Origin: a virus
Virus record (IMG/VR): IMGVR_UViG_3300019776_000961
Location: 32,001 to 96,000 of that record
DNA length: 64,000 nt
Strand: one strand, 5' to 3'
The notes under the pieces are model-generated. The model did no database searches. It was given only the letters and a program-made list of their open reading frames with translations, and was not told the origin of the DNA. A program made the position numbers and the translations under genes. Each line of letters starts with the position of its first letter. Position 1 is the first letter of the stretch. Shown here piece after piece: positions 55,372 through 64,000 of the stretch.

Positions 55372-56294
55372 ACCTTGCTTAGAAGAATTAAGCATGTATA
55401 GCAGTTGATCTCTTGATCGACTACAAAACTTGACCTATAGATATATTCTGCTATCGTTATTAAGCAGTATTTTTTATACTCTACATCCTGTTCTTCCTTG
55501 TCGATAAAGTTAAAAAGATTACGAAGCAATGAAACATAATCAGCATTAAAAAGATGCTCGTTTTCAATTAATGCCTTACGTAATGTAATAACATTCTTAT
55601 TCTTAATTTCTTTGTAAATAAGTTTCAGAGTATCGTCGTTTTTTACGTCAATTAGATTAAGTCCTCCTGTGGAGGAATACTTTTGAAGTTCATTGATACA
55701 TTTTCTAAGATCAGGGTAGTTGGCTTTAATAAGCTCTATGAACTTTACTTTCTGATCATTAGGTATATCTATACCTTCATGCTTTAATATCAAAGCACAA
55801 CGCTTTACTACTGCTTCAAGAGGTGGTGTTAAATCAAAGCTCTGACAGCGACTCTGTAGAGCAGGAATAACTCTATACTTGTAGTTTGCAGTCAGAATAA
55901 AGCGGGTAATCTTTGCGAATTCTTCCATTGTATTACGAAGTACGCGTTGTGCATCAATAGATAGACCGTCTGCTTCGTCGAGAATAATAACCTTAACTTT
56001 ACCGTCAATACTCTTTGTCTGCGCAAAGCTTGTTACCTTAGTGCGGATAGTATCAATACCGTTTTCATCAGATGCGTTAATATAAAGATACTGGCAACCA
56101 AGAAGATCATTAACAATAATCTTTGCAAGAGAAGTCTTACCGAGACCGGGTGTACCAATAAAGAGAAGATTAGGTATTTCTTCCTTTATCTTAAAAGTAG
56201 CGAAGAGCTCCTTATTAGTTTCCGTACCAATAAAGTCTTCAAGAGTCTTAGGTCGGTATTTTTCGACCCATAGTGAATTAAAATCGTTACTCAT
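55368..56294 (-). CDS. gp44: clamp loader AAA+ subunit (T4 gp44 / RFC small subunit)
   Basis: LWVEKYRP, G.PG.GKT, INASDENGID.IR, IILDEAD, LQSRC, YPDLR. Confidence 0.92.
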   Translation of the reverse strand: MSNDFNSLWVEKYRPKTLEDFIGTETNKELFATFKIKEEIPNLLFIGTPGLGKTSLAKIIVNDLLGCQYLYINASDENGIDTIRTKVTSFAQTKSIDGKVKVIILDEADGLSIDAQRVLRNTMEEFAKITRFILTANYKYRVIPALQSRCQSFDLTPPLEAVVKRCALILKHEGIDIPNDQKVKFIELIKANYPDLRKCINELQKYSSTGGLNLIDVKNDDTLKLIYKEIKNKNVITLRKALIENEHLFNADYVSLLRNLFNFIDKEEQDVEYKKYCLITIAEYIYRSSFVVDQEINCYTCLILLSKV

Positions 56295-56295
56295 A

Positions 56296-56757
56296 TTATT
56301 TGCCTGAAGAACCGAAGCCTTTTTCTCCTCGATCTGATTCTTCAACCTTACCCCATTCAACAGGCATATGTATATTAAAGTAGATTACAAATTGTGCAAT
56401 ACGATCACCTGCTTTTACCTCGTAATCAACATCAGTATGATTGTATAGCTTGATACCTGCATCGCCACGATACCCGCTATCGATAATACCAGGGTGAGCT
56501 GAAATACCGTGCTTAAAGCCTAGACCGGATCTTGATTCTACCTTAACCCAATAACCTTCAGGTATATATGCGAACTTAAGCCCAACACTCACAACCTTAC
56601 TACCACGTGCAGGTACAACAGCATCCTCAACGCTATATACATCATAGCCTGTATCGGATTCATGATTCTTTGAAGGAAGCTTGGCTAGATCATGCGTCTT
56701 TTCAAATTTAAGAGTAGGCATATATTGCGGAGTTACGAAAGGCGTGTTTTGATACAT
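56296..56757 (-). CDS. dut: trimeric dUTPase
   Basis: GYDVYS, RSGLG, GIIDSGYRG, GDRIAQ, RGEKGFGSSG. Confidence 0.95.
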   Translation of the reverse strand: MYQNTPFVTPQYMPTLKFEKTHDLAKLPSKNHESDTGYDVYSVEDAVVPARGSKVVSVGLKFAYIPEGYWVKVESRSGLGFKHGISAHPGIIDSGYRGDAGIKLYNHTDVDYEVKAGDRIAQFVIYFNIHMPVEWGKVEESDRGEKGFGSSGK

Positions 56758-56814
56758 ATAACATATAATAAATAGACTTTATAAAAAATCAACCGGGATT
56801 AAATATTTTTTACA

Positions 56815-57282
56815 ATGGACGAAAATATAAATGATACGATAGGTGATATTATAGAGCAGCTGCAGAGCAATAATAAGCAAGTTGTTGAAGCACGTGTAGA
56901 ACGCGATCCTCTTAAAAAAGAGGAATTAGAAGACTTTGTTATTAAGAAGGGCGGTGAGCTAATACAAGACGCATTGGAGATGGTACAGACTATACGTAAT
57001 GACGTTGCTGCAGCACCAGATGATAAAAATATAGAAGCATTTGCCTCTTTAATATCAGCAACCGCTAATGCTATTGATACTTTAAATAGAAATCTAATTT
57101 CTGCTAAAAAGAACGAAACTACTGTTGCTGTAAAAAAGATGGATATTGACTCAAGAAAAGAACTACAAGCGGCAGAAAGTGAGACCAAGCTCGCACTCAC
57201 ACGTGAAGAAATTTTTAAGATGCTTATTAATAATGCTAAGCCAATAGAGGCAGAGATTGTAAGCAATAAACGTATTGAGTAG
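56815..57282 (+). CDS. possible terminase small subunit (gp16-like)
   Basis: Helical LI.....ALE...EAFASLI...A.A...L pattern and terminal T.EE..KML resemble gp16; late promoter. Confidence 0.4.
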   Translation: MDENINDTIGDIIEQLQSNNKQVVEARVERDPLKKEELEDFVIKKGGELIQDALEMVQTIRNDVAAAPDDKNIEAFASLISATANAIDTLNRNLISAKKNETTVAVKKMDIDSRKELQAAESETKLALTREEIFKMLINNAKPIEAEIVSNKRIE

Positions 57283-57286
57283 ACTA

Positions 57287-60200
57287 TTATTTAAATAACT
57301 GTGGTACTCCTTTAATCGGTTTACCGTTTTTCTTCTGCTGATTAACAGCATTACAGGTAAGAATTTCATTCCAAATCTTAGCCCAATAAGCCTGAATTTC
57401 CATTTCAATTTGTTTAATAAGTGCTTTAATTAGCTTCTCAGGATTAAATTTATCAACAAGATCAGTGAAGAATTTCTTTATAGATCTCCATAACTTACTT
57501 GGTAGATCCTTAATATTAAACTTTGTCTTATAAAGCAACATAATTTCATTGATTAACGGCCAGGCAAATGTTGGTAATTGGAAGTCACATATTATCTGGT
57601 TAATCTGTTTTGCTATATCTTGTATAGTGTTTAATGAACTAATAGACAGACGGTCACCTGTTGAAGCAATTGATCCTGCTAACTTTGCAATATCACCGAG
57701 TGATCCTAGATTTACACTCGGTATTATACCAGATATATTGATATCAATATCATTAAGAGGATTAACGGCATTGAGAAGACTACCTGTACTCAATCCGCCT
57801 AATCCAAGATTACTTACAGCAGAGTTATAAATGCCTGTTGCACCATTAGCGGCACCTAAAATATTTATAGGTAGACGCGATGCTGCAATACTCACTAATG
57901 AACCAAGACCTGAAGTGAGTGTACTCGTTGTTAGAGCGTTCTGTGATGCTACTTGCTGGAGCTGTTGTAGTGCAACAGCAGCGAGTTTATTGTTAGCAAT
58001 GCTACCACCGCCTAGACTATTAATAATTCCAGTAAAATTGCTAGCTAGGAAATTACTATTATTAATATTTGGTAATAATTTACCTGCAGCTTGTAGTGTA
58101 AGTATAAATGCATTTAATGACTGACCTGGTGTACCACTTGTTAATCTTAATTTGCTTATTGAAGAATTAGCTACGAGATTAATCATAGCTTTGTTTAAGT
58201 CATAATTTGACTTGACAATTTTCTTTAACAAGTAATCAACATCAATAAAATTAGGCCTACCATTGATATCCTCAACACGAATTCTAAATGCAACTGGTTT
58301 AACAAGTTGTCTATTACTATATGGTTTAGCGGATGATGCAATAGGTGTAGGTGTAATGGGGGTAATAGGTTGAAGTGAACCTGCGAGTCCCGCAGCAACT
58401 AAGGCTGCACCTTGTGCTGTACCTCCTGTAGGTGCTGGTGGATTTAAACTAGCAACAGGATTAGTTATACCTTGTCCTATCGGTTGTAAGTTTGATGCTG
58501 TAGGTGTAAATGATTGTGAAGCTTGTGCAGTAGCCGTGGTTTGTGAAACAGTAGGTGCTACAGCTGTTGCTGTACCGTTCTGTATATTAGCAAGATTTTG
58601 GGCTGATTGACCTGTGACATTAACAGGTTGAAAATTTAATATAGTACCGCTACTATTTAGTGATTTAAAATAATTAGTCAGTGTAGGATCATTACCTGAA
58701 TAAAAATCAACAGCTCCAGCTGAACTCTGTCCCTTGATAAGAGCAGACTGACCTGTATCTGCTACGCGGAAATAGCCATTATTATTACCTATAGGGTTAC
58801 CTTGTGAGTCGGTAACATATATGATAGAACGAGGCGGGTAATTGTATGAACCATTACTCGGTACACCTATATCAAATCCTGGTACTAGCGAACCTACATA
58901 TGCACCTTGTGTAGTATTTGCGAGTGTTAATGGAGAATTATTACCCGCAGCAGTAAATTTAATACCATATAAATTAAAAAGCGAACCTGTATTGGCAGGA
59001 TTAGCATATGTATTAGAAATACTATCAAGTTGATCTTGTGTTAAATTATATTTTTGTAACCAATACGCTGTTGCATCCGCAGGTCTTTCTGTTGGCTTTG
59101 TATCAAGATATGTTGTAAAATCAGTATACACAGAGCCATATATGGAAACTGTGTGTTGTGAAGGACTGCCGACATTATTTGTATCTCCAGAATTAATAGT
59201 CGGTGCTGTAGGTGTAACACCTGCAGGGAGAGTTGGTATCACACCGGAAAAACCGCTGCGAGCAAGAGCTGTACTTGCTACACTGCCACCCTGCAGGGCA
59301 AGCGCACTATTTAAAGAATAGAGTTCATTGGTACTCTTATATAATTGATTGGCAATATTTGCATCCTGGAGTGCAGCAGTATTAACAGTATCAATTTGTT
59401 TCTGAATTGCATCAACATTAAGATTGCCTGCATTAATATCTGTACTACCTGGTGTCACAGTAAAGTCACGGTCGTAACCATTAATAGGTGCATAGATATC
59501 ACGTAAATTCATTGCACATTTATTACCAATATTACTAATAAAATTAACAAACTGTAACAGCTTACCGCCGTATGCAGATATAATACCACCGAGAGCTGCA
59601 GTACGTGCACCGACAGATACTTTTTTTGCAAAATCAACAAAAAATGCAATATCATTTACAAGATTTTGACCATGAGCTACTCTTGAACTAATTTTTAAAT
59701 TTTCTTGATATGTAGGGTTATAATAAGCAACACCCATTAAATTTCTTCTATAGATAGCTGTATTATGCTTACTAAGATTATAAATTAAATTACGGGCAGT
59801 TGGTCCAATTTTATTTTCCATATTAGCACTAAATGGAATCGGTACACCGTAGAATTGTTGCGCGACATCAAAAATAGGTTGCGTAGAATCTAGCTGGTGA
59901 TATTTGCTATTTGCCAATAAACCAATACTATCACTTACACAAGTAAAAAATGAATTAAGATTTGTCTTGTATTTACTAACTGCAGATTTAACAGATGGCT
60001 GTGATTGAATAGAGGTACTAGTATAACGCGATGCGGCAGAAGCACCGAGCGATGCAAAATCGGTTATCTCTGGAATCTGCATATGTTTTCTAACCCAGTA
60101 CCAAATTGAATCAACAGAAAAACCACCGCCTGGGGCACCAGTAAAGAATTTTTCTTCTACACCTCTGTAAAATTGTATTAAATCATTTAAAGGTGTTCCG

Positions 60201-60928
60201 CCCTTAAATGCATTTCGATATTGTATGGCGGCACTAACTTCATATGTTGTAACAGATGGAAGAACAGCAAAATATGATGTAGAATTTGGATCGGATAAGC
60301 GTGTAGTTTTATTAGTGATATTAATATCAGCTAAATCAGGAATCGATGTTACAACATTATAGTTAAAAGGTCGTGTTGTTTGTTCTTGTGCGTTTACAGC
60401 GCCGCTTACTATAGCGTTTTGTAATGTGGCAATATCACTCTGTGTGATATTAGGATTAATATTAGTATCGGTTAGCTGTTGTACAGCTCCTGCATCTGTC
60501 TGCGCAGTAGAATTAGGAACCGGTGCTACCGTTGGATCAGCTGCTCCTGTTGTATCACTATTGGGTACAGGGGGTGTTGGTAGAATAGGTGGAGGAACCG
60601 GTATAACCGCTGTATTATCAGCAGATTGCGGTGTATCGCTTTGATTAGGTAAGTCAGAAACCGGTGTATCGGCTGGAAATCCTGGTTCTGTTGGCAGACT
60701 ACCGGTTATGATTCCATTGCTCGTAGGAGGTGTTAATGTAAAACTATTATTAAAAGGTGCTACGGGAGTAGGAACTGGTTGTGTGCCTGTACCGTCTTTA
60801 TTTACATTCTCAAGATTTGTAACAGGGACACCTGCACCAAATACACTCACAACACCCTGACCGGTAGGATCAGGTGTATTTAACGGAGGATAAAACGGTG
60901 GAATTAAAGGTTGTTCTTTGTCAGCCAT
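57287..60928 (-). CDS. large baseplate/tail protein with Pro/Thr-rich N-terminus and 3D-like peptidoglycan hydrolase domain
   Basis: YFRVADTG..LIKG....AVDFY resembles the 3D (MltA-like) motif; follows a hub-like gene. Confidence 0.5.
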   Translation of the reverse strand: MADKEQPLIPPFYPPLNTPDPTGQGVVSVFGAGVPVTNLENVNKDGTGTQPVPTPVAPFNNSFTLTPPTSNGIITGSLPTEPGFPADTPVSDLPNQSDTPQSADNTAVIPVPPPILPTPPVPNSDTTGAADPTVAPVPNSTAQTDAGAVQQLTDTNINPNITQSDIATLQNAIVSGAVNAQEQTTRPFNYNVVTSIPDLADINITNKTTRLSDPNSTSYFAVLPSVTTYEVSAAIQYRNAFKGGTPLNDLIQFYRGVEEKFFTGAPGGGFSVDSIWYWVRKHMQIPEITDFASLGASAASRYTSTSIQSQPSVKSAVSKYKTNLNSFFTCVSDSIGLLANSKYHQLDSTQPIFDVAQQFYGVPIPFSANMENKIGPTARNLIYNLSKHNTAIYRRNLMGVAYYNPTYQENLKISSRVAHGQNLVNDIAFFVDFAKKVSVGARTAALGGIISAYGGKLLQFVNFISNIGNKCAMNLRDIYAPINGYDRDFTVTPGSTDINAGNLNVDAIQKQIDTVNTAALQDANIANQLYKSTNELYSLNSALALQGGSVASTALARSGFSGVIPTLPAGVTPTAPTINSGDTNNVGSPSQHTVSIYGSVYTDFTTYLDTKPTERPADATAYWLQKYNLTQDQLDSISNTYANPANTGSLFNLYGIKFTAAGNNSPLTLANTTQGAYVGSLVPGFDIGVPSNGSYNYPPRSIIYVTDSQGNPIGNNNGYFRVADTGQSALIKGQSSAGAVDFYSGNDPTLTNYFKSLNSSGTILNFQPVNVTGQSAQNLANIQNGTATAVAPTVSQTTATAQASQSFTPTASNLQPIGQGITNPVASLNPPAPTGGTAQGAALVAAGLAGSLQPITPITPTPIASSAKPYSNRQLVKPVAFRIRVEDINGRPNFIDVDYLLKKIVKSNYDLNKAMINLVANSSISKLRLTSGTPGQSLNAFILTLQAAGKLLPNINNSNFLASNFTGIINSLGGGSIANNKLAAVALQQLQQVASQNALTTSTLTSGLGSLVSIAASRLPINILGAANGATGIYNSAVSNLGLGGLSTGSLLNAVNPLNDIDINISGIIPSVNLGSLGDIAKLAGSIASTGDRLSISSLNTIQDIAKQINQIICDFQLPTFAWPLINEIMLLYKTKFNIKDLPSKLWRSIKKFFTDLVDKFNPEKLIKALIKQIEMEIQAYWAKIWNEILTCNAVNQQKKNGKPIKGVPQLFK

Positions 60929-60930
60929 AA

Positions 60931-62667
60931 TTATATATTTGTCTGTGTTTCAATATTTTCATTATCAAGTCCTACTTGATCCTTGAGAATTTGAAACTCT
61001 GTATATGTTTTCATTGCGATTAATTCATTTGAATATGAATTATTTTCAAAAATATGCTTTACACCTGTCAATAGATATATACCTAATGCTTTTGCATCGT
61101 AATTACTAAAAGGAGATGACCCATCCCTATCTACACCGATAAATCGACCAGCTTGACGGAAGGTAGAACCACGAAGTTTTATATTAATTACGTTATTTGC
61201 AAAAATGGAAGCATATAATGCTTTATTTCTACCCTGAGAAATTCTTTGCTCACTATCCTGTTCTATTACACTGAACCGGTGTTCAACGTTGGTATTTGAA
61301 GTTCTAAATGTACCAGGTGTTAGATTGGTCCATAAACTAGGCTTTATGGTATTCACATAGTTATTAAAATATGAAGCTACAATTTGTCTAATATTATTAT
61401 AATACAAGTCAACCTGAAATTGTTTGCTCTCATAATCATAGCTATGTACCATTTTAGTATTAAACTCTTTCTGCATAATACCGCCTACAGAAGGTTCGAG
61501 TGTAAAGTTATCTGCTGTACCTGTTTGTTGTAACTGAATTACATATTTGTTAGGTGTATATACGTTTTTATATTGAGGTACTGAAGAATCAGTATTAGCA
61601 TCAGAATAGTATCCACCGAGTTTGATTGTTTCTAGATAAAACTTACCCCCGGTTTCAAGTTTGGTATTACCGGTCTTATCATTCGGATCGGGTACACCAA
61701 TAAATGCATTACTAAAATATTTTGTAAGTGGTATGAATGTAAAGCATCTTGGAAATCTATTAATACGTAAAATTGCTTGATCGTATAGATTATCAACTGT
61801 GCTTACGTGTCTGCTTAGTAAGTAGTTAAGTGAATCCACGGCTTTATACTGTGCAGGTGTTGAAAAGAATATATTTGTTGCACCGATGTCCCAGTACCTA
61901 TCGTCTGGTATAATTTGTACTTTTGATGTATCGGTACCTATAATGCATGATGGTGAAGTTACATCTTCAAATGTTGCAGAGGGAAAATATGCAGGTATCT
62001 CGTAACCAGTGCCAGGAAAGGCAGCTCCTATAAATGCCTTAATAGCAGCTCCTGTTGGTATAGCGCGGTCAATATCAGAATATTCGTCTACTGTTTGTAC
62101 ACTATATCCGCCGACAGCTCCCGCTGATGTTATTGGTGTATTAAGACCTTGCAAGCCATTTTCTATAACATCTGATGTGCTCCAATATACATTTTTCTCT
62201 CTTAAATATTCGTAATATTTGTCCCAAAAATATAATTTTTTAAACTTAACGTCAGGTGTATCAGATACAATTTCCTCTACATTATAAATAGTAGCTTGAA
62301 GATAAATAGCTGAATGTCTTAATACGCTTGGGTCTTCAAGATTACCAATACCTGAACCGGTATCTTGACCTTTAGGGTAAATTAAGATAAAGATCTGATC
62401 TCTACTATCTCCTTGTAAGATATAGTTTAGTGACTTTATCTCTTGACCTGTTTCATTGATTGTAGGTGCTGCTTGACGCTCAATAGCATCATATCTATTA
62501 TCGACAACTATGAATCCCTTGTGAAAAAAGGAATCGAGTTGATCTTCGATAACAAGAGATTTAATTGCTGTGGGTGTAAGAATCTGTGACACACCAGCAG
62601 TTATTAATTCCACTTGAAAGTGAAATATATCATTATTAATCTGATGTTCTACTTGACTGGAACCCAT
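60931..62667 (-). CDS. baseplate hub protein (gp27-like)
   Basis: L.IEDQL..FF.KG.I N-terminus; I..RG...RQAG.FI.V...G.Y..T.VKH.F C-terminus. Confidence 0.6.
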   Translation of the reverse strand: MGSSQVEHQINNDIFHFQVELITAGVSQILTPTAIKSLVIEDQLDSFFHKGFIVVDNRYDAIERQAAPTINETGQEIKSLNYILQGDSRDQIFILIYPKGQDTGSGIGNLEDPSVLRHSAIYLQATIYNVEEIVSDTPDVKFKKLYFWDKYYEYLREKNVYWSTSDVIENGLQGLNTPITSAGAVGGYSVQTVDEYSDIDRAIPTGAAIKAFIGAAFPGTGYEIPAYFPSATFEDVTSPSCIIGTDTSKVQIIPDDRYWDIGATNIFFSTPAQYKAVDSLNYLLSRHVSTVDNLYDQAILRINRFPRCFTFIPLTKYFSNAFIGVPDPNDKTGNTKLETGGKFYLETIKLGGYYSDANTDSSVPQYKNVYTPNKYVIQLQQTGTADNFTLEPSVGGIMQKEFNTKMVHSYDYESKQFQVDLYYNNIRQIVASYFNNYVNTIKPSLWTNLTPGTFRTSNTNVEHRFSVIEQDSEQRISQGRNKALYASIFANNVINIKLRGSTFRQAGRFIGVDRDGSSPFSNYDAKALGIYLLTGVKHIFENNSYSNELIAMKTYTEFQILKDQVGLDNENIETQTNI

Positions 62668-62671
62668 ATTT

Positions 62672-63037
62672 TTATGATGAAGCTTTGCCGATTTCCTGTA
62701 ACACCGCTGGTATATATTCAGGGCGTATGCATGTTAAATTAGTACTATTGGTAATACCTTTAATAGGATTATAAATTTTATTAGTAAGGGCGATTAACCA
62801 CCAGAGGTCGGTAGTACCGTAAGCGTTATAACTAATAATAGACCAAGGTTGATTCTTTGTAACACTCATAATGAATACCTTGTTAGGATCTATTGCACCG
62901 TTTATATAGAGTGATTGTAGAAGATTATAATAATACTGATTACCTTGTGTCTTATACATACGAAAGATATTTTCGTATCTATTAGGTGAGATATTAGATA
63001 ACTGATTAATTTGATTTCTATATGAACCTAGAATCAT
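62672..63037 (-). CDS. baseplate wedge gp53-like (LysM-like) protein
   Basis: PW..ISY.AYGT.DLWWLIAL.N.I.NP. Confidence 0.7.
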   Translation of the reverse strand: MILGSYRNQINQLSNISPNRYENIFRMYKTQGNQYYYNLLQSLYINGAIDPNKVFIMSVTKNQPWSIISYNAYGTTDLWWLIALTNKIYNPIKGITNSTNLTCIRPEYIPAVLQEIGKASS

Positions 63038-63073
63038 ATAGATATTTAATGCCTAATAACGGTTTATAAACTG

Positions 63074-63997
63074 TTACCCACCTGGTGTATAGTTAAATGT
63101 AGGTTCAGGGCTTGTCGCTATTTGAGCAACTGTTGGACCAGTAACGTTACTTACAGCTGTATTTAATGCTGGTGATGCACCGCCAGCGTTAGCAGCGGTT
63201 ATATTTGGAGCTGCTTTTGCAGTTATAATATTACCCTGATCAATAAGCTGATACATAAAGTTTTTTGTATTACCAAGCATACTCTTTAATGTAATAGTGA
63301 CCATATATGCGTCAGGCACGATAGTATTGAACGTTCTTTTACCGTTAAATGCATTGACTTGTGCTGCACCACCTGTAGTGCTTATAATCTGATCGCTGTA
63401 GGGTACTGTAATAGGAAGTGTACGTCTTGCACCTTGAAATTTAACATCTATAGATGAGATATAACAGAAAGGAAAGAATTTAACACCAGGAATAGTTACC
63501 TCATATATAACAGGTTGATCAATTGTTGTACCTGAAGTACGACCGGGTCTATTATTGTAGAGTAATAGAAACACTAACTGCCAATTATTAATAACATCAG
63601 CATAGTCGATACTACCTGTATTTATTAGAGGAAAAGAAAACGTTATATCTTCACCATCTGTTGGGTAGTTATAAAATTTAGCTCGTTCTATATACGTTAT
63701 TTGTGGTTTACCGCTTATAAAATCACGAACCGCTCCGGTAAATTCACTTGCCTCTGTTCCGAGATTAACTGCTGTCTGCAGTAGACCTTGACCGGGGCCT
63801 ATACTACCTTCCTGTGAAAATTGATTTGTTTGTGTACTGAACGAATCATCAAAATATGGAAACAAAAATTGCCATGGTGTTGGTTTAGTAATGTATAAAT
63901 TGCGGTACGGCTGAAGCCATTGACTCTGTGCTAGGGTTGGGTTATTATCACTTCCTGGAAGAGAATTTCCGAGTGTGTTTATAGCCTGATCAAGCAT
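63074..63997 (-). CDS. baseplate/tail-tube junction protein (gp48/gp54-like), possibly 5'-truncated by the window edge
   Basis: TF.FPL.NT, P.IYEV.IPG.KF.PFC.IS..DV.F pattern; adjacent to the gp53-like gene. Confidence 0.5.
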   Translation of the reverse strand: MLDQAINTLGNSLPGSDNNPTLAQSQWLQPYRNLYITKPTPWQFLFPYFDDSFSTQTNQFSQEGSIGPGQGLLQTAVNLGTEASEFTGAVRDFISGKPQITYIERAKFYNYPTDGEDITFSFPLINTGSIDYADVINNWQLVFLLLYNNRPGRTSGTTIDQPVIYEVTIPGVKFFPFCYISSIDVKFQGARRTLPITVPYSDQIISTTGGAAQVNAFNGKRTFNTIVPDAYMVTITLKSMLGNTKNFMYQLIDQGNIITAKAAPNITAANAGGASPALNTAVSNVTGPTVAQIATSPEPTFNYTPGG

Positions 63998-64000
63998 CGT

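Noticed and set aside
56799-57266. 155-aa minus-strand ORF mirroring the 56815 gene
   Set aside because: It is an antisense shadow; the plus-strand gene has the late promoter and a protein-like sequence.
1-64000. Stop-codon reassignment
   Set aside because: Long genes are intact in code 11, TAA, TAG and TGA all terminate conserved genes at the expected ends, and there is no suppressor tRNA.
1-64000. Assigning a host or phage family name
   Set aside because: Leaderless starts, codon bias and the tmRNA give hints, but no marker here identifies the host without database comparison.

Overview
This 64 kb window is part of an AT-rich, T4-like myophage genome in standard genetic code 11; ORFs are intact, so there is no sign of stop-codon reassignment. 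Bases 1-17 kb hold early, nucleotide-metabolism and accessory genes: a RadA/Sms-like ATPase, an HNH homing endonuclease, a 2OG-Fe(II) oxygenase, class I RNR nrdB/nrdA, T4 RNase H, a HAD nucleotidase, an M14 peptidase, Hsp20 and a DUF932-like protein. This region also carries a tmRNA and three tRNAs (Val-UAC, Glu-UUC, Gly-GCC). Bases 17-31 kb are a tail-fibre, lectin and tailspike cluster. Bases 31-44.5 kb are a glycan-modification island (GT32, DegT-type aminotransferase, PseH-like GNAT, GT8, three tandem sulfotransferase-like paralogs, SGNH hydrolase, carbamoyltransferase) mixed with small hypothetical genes, a PD-(D/E)XK nuclease and dCMP deaminase. Bases 44.7-64 kb are baseplate genes (gp25, gp6 and likely gp53-, gp27- and gp48/54-like), with dUTPase, clamp loader gp44 and a possible small terminase. 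The most unusual observations are: a tmRNA with a 35-codon tag; an hsp20 transcript whose two ends form an 18-bp stem and whose SD lies in a ROSE-like thermometer; late promoters spaced to give leaderless mRNAs; capsid-targeting-like N-termini on enzymes; a tRNA-Val with an A19-U56 elbow; and a four-member sulfotransferase-like family with a degenerate PAPS loop. All family calls come from motif recognition by eye, with no database searches. The host cannot be determined from this window.
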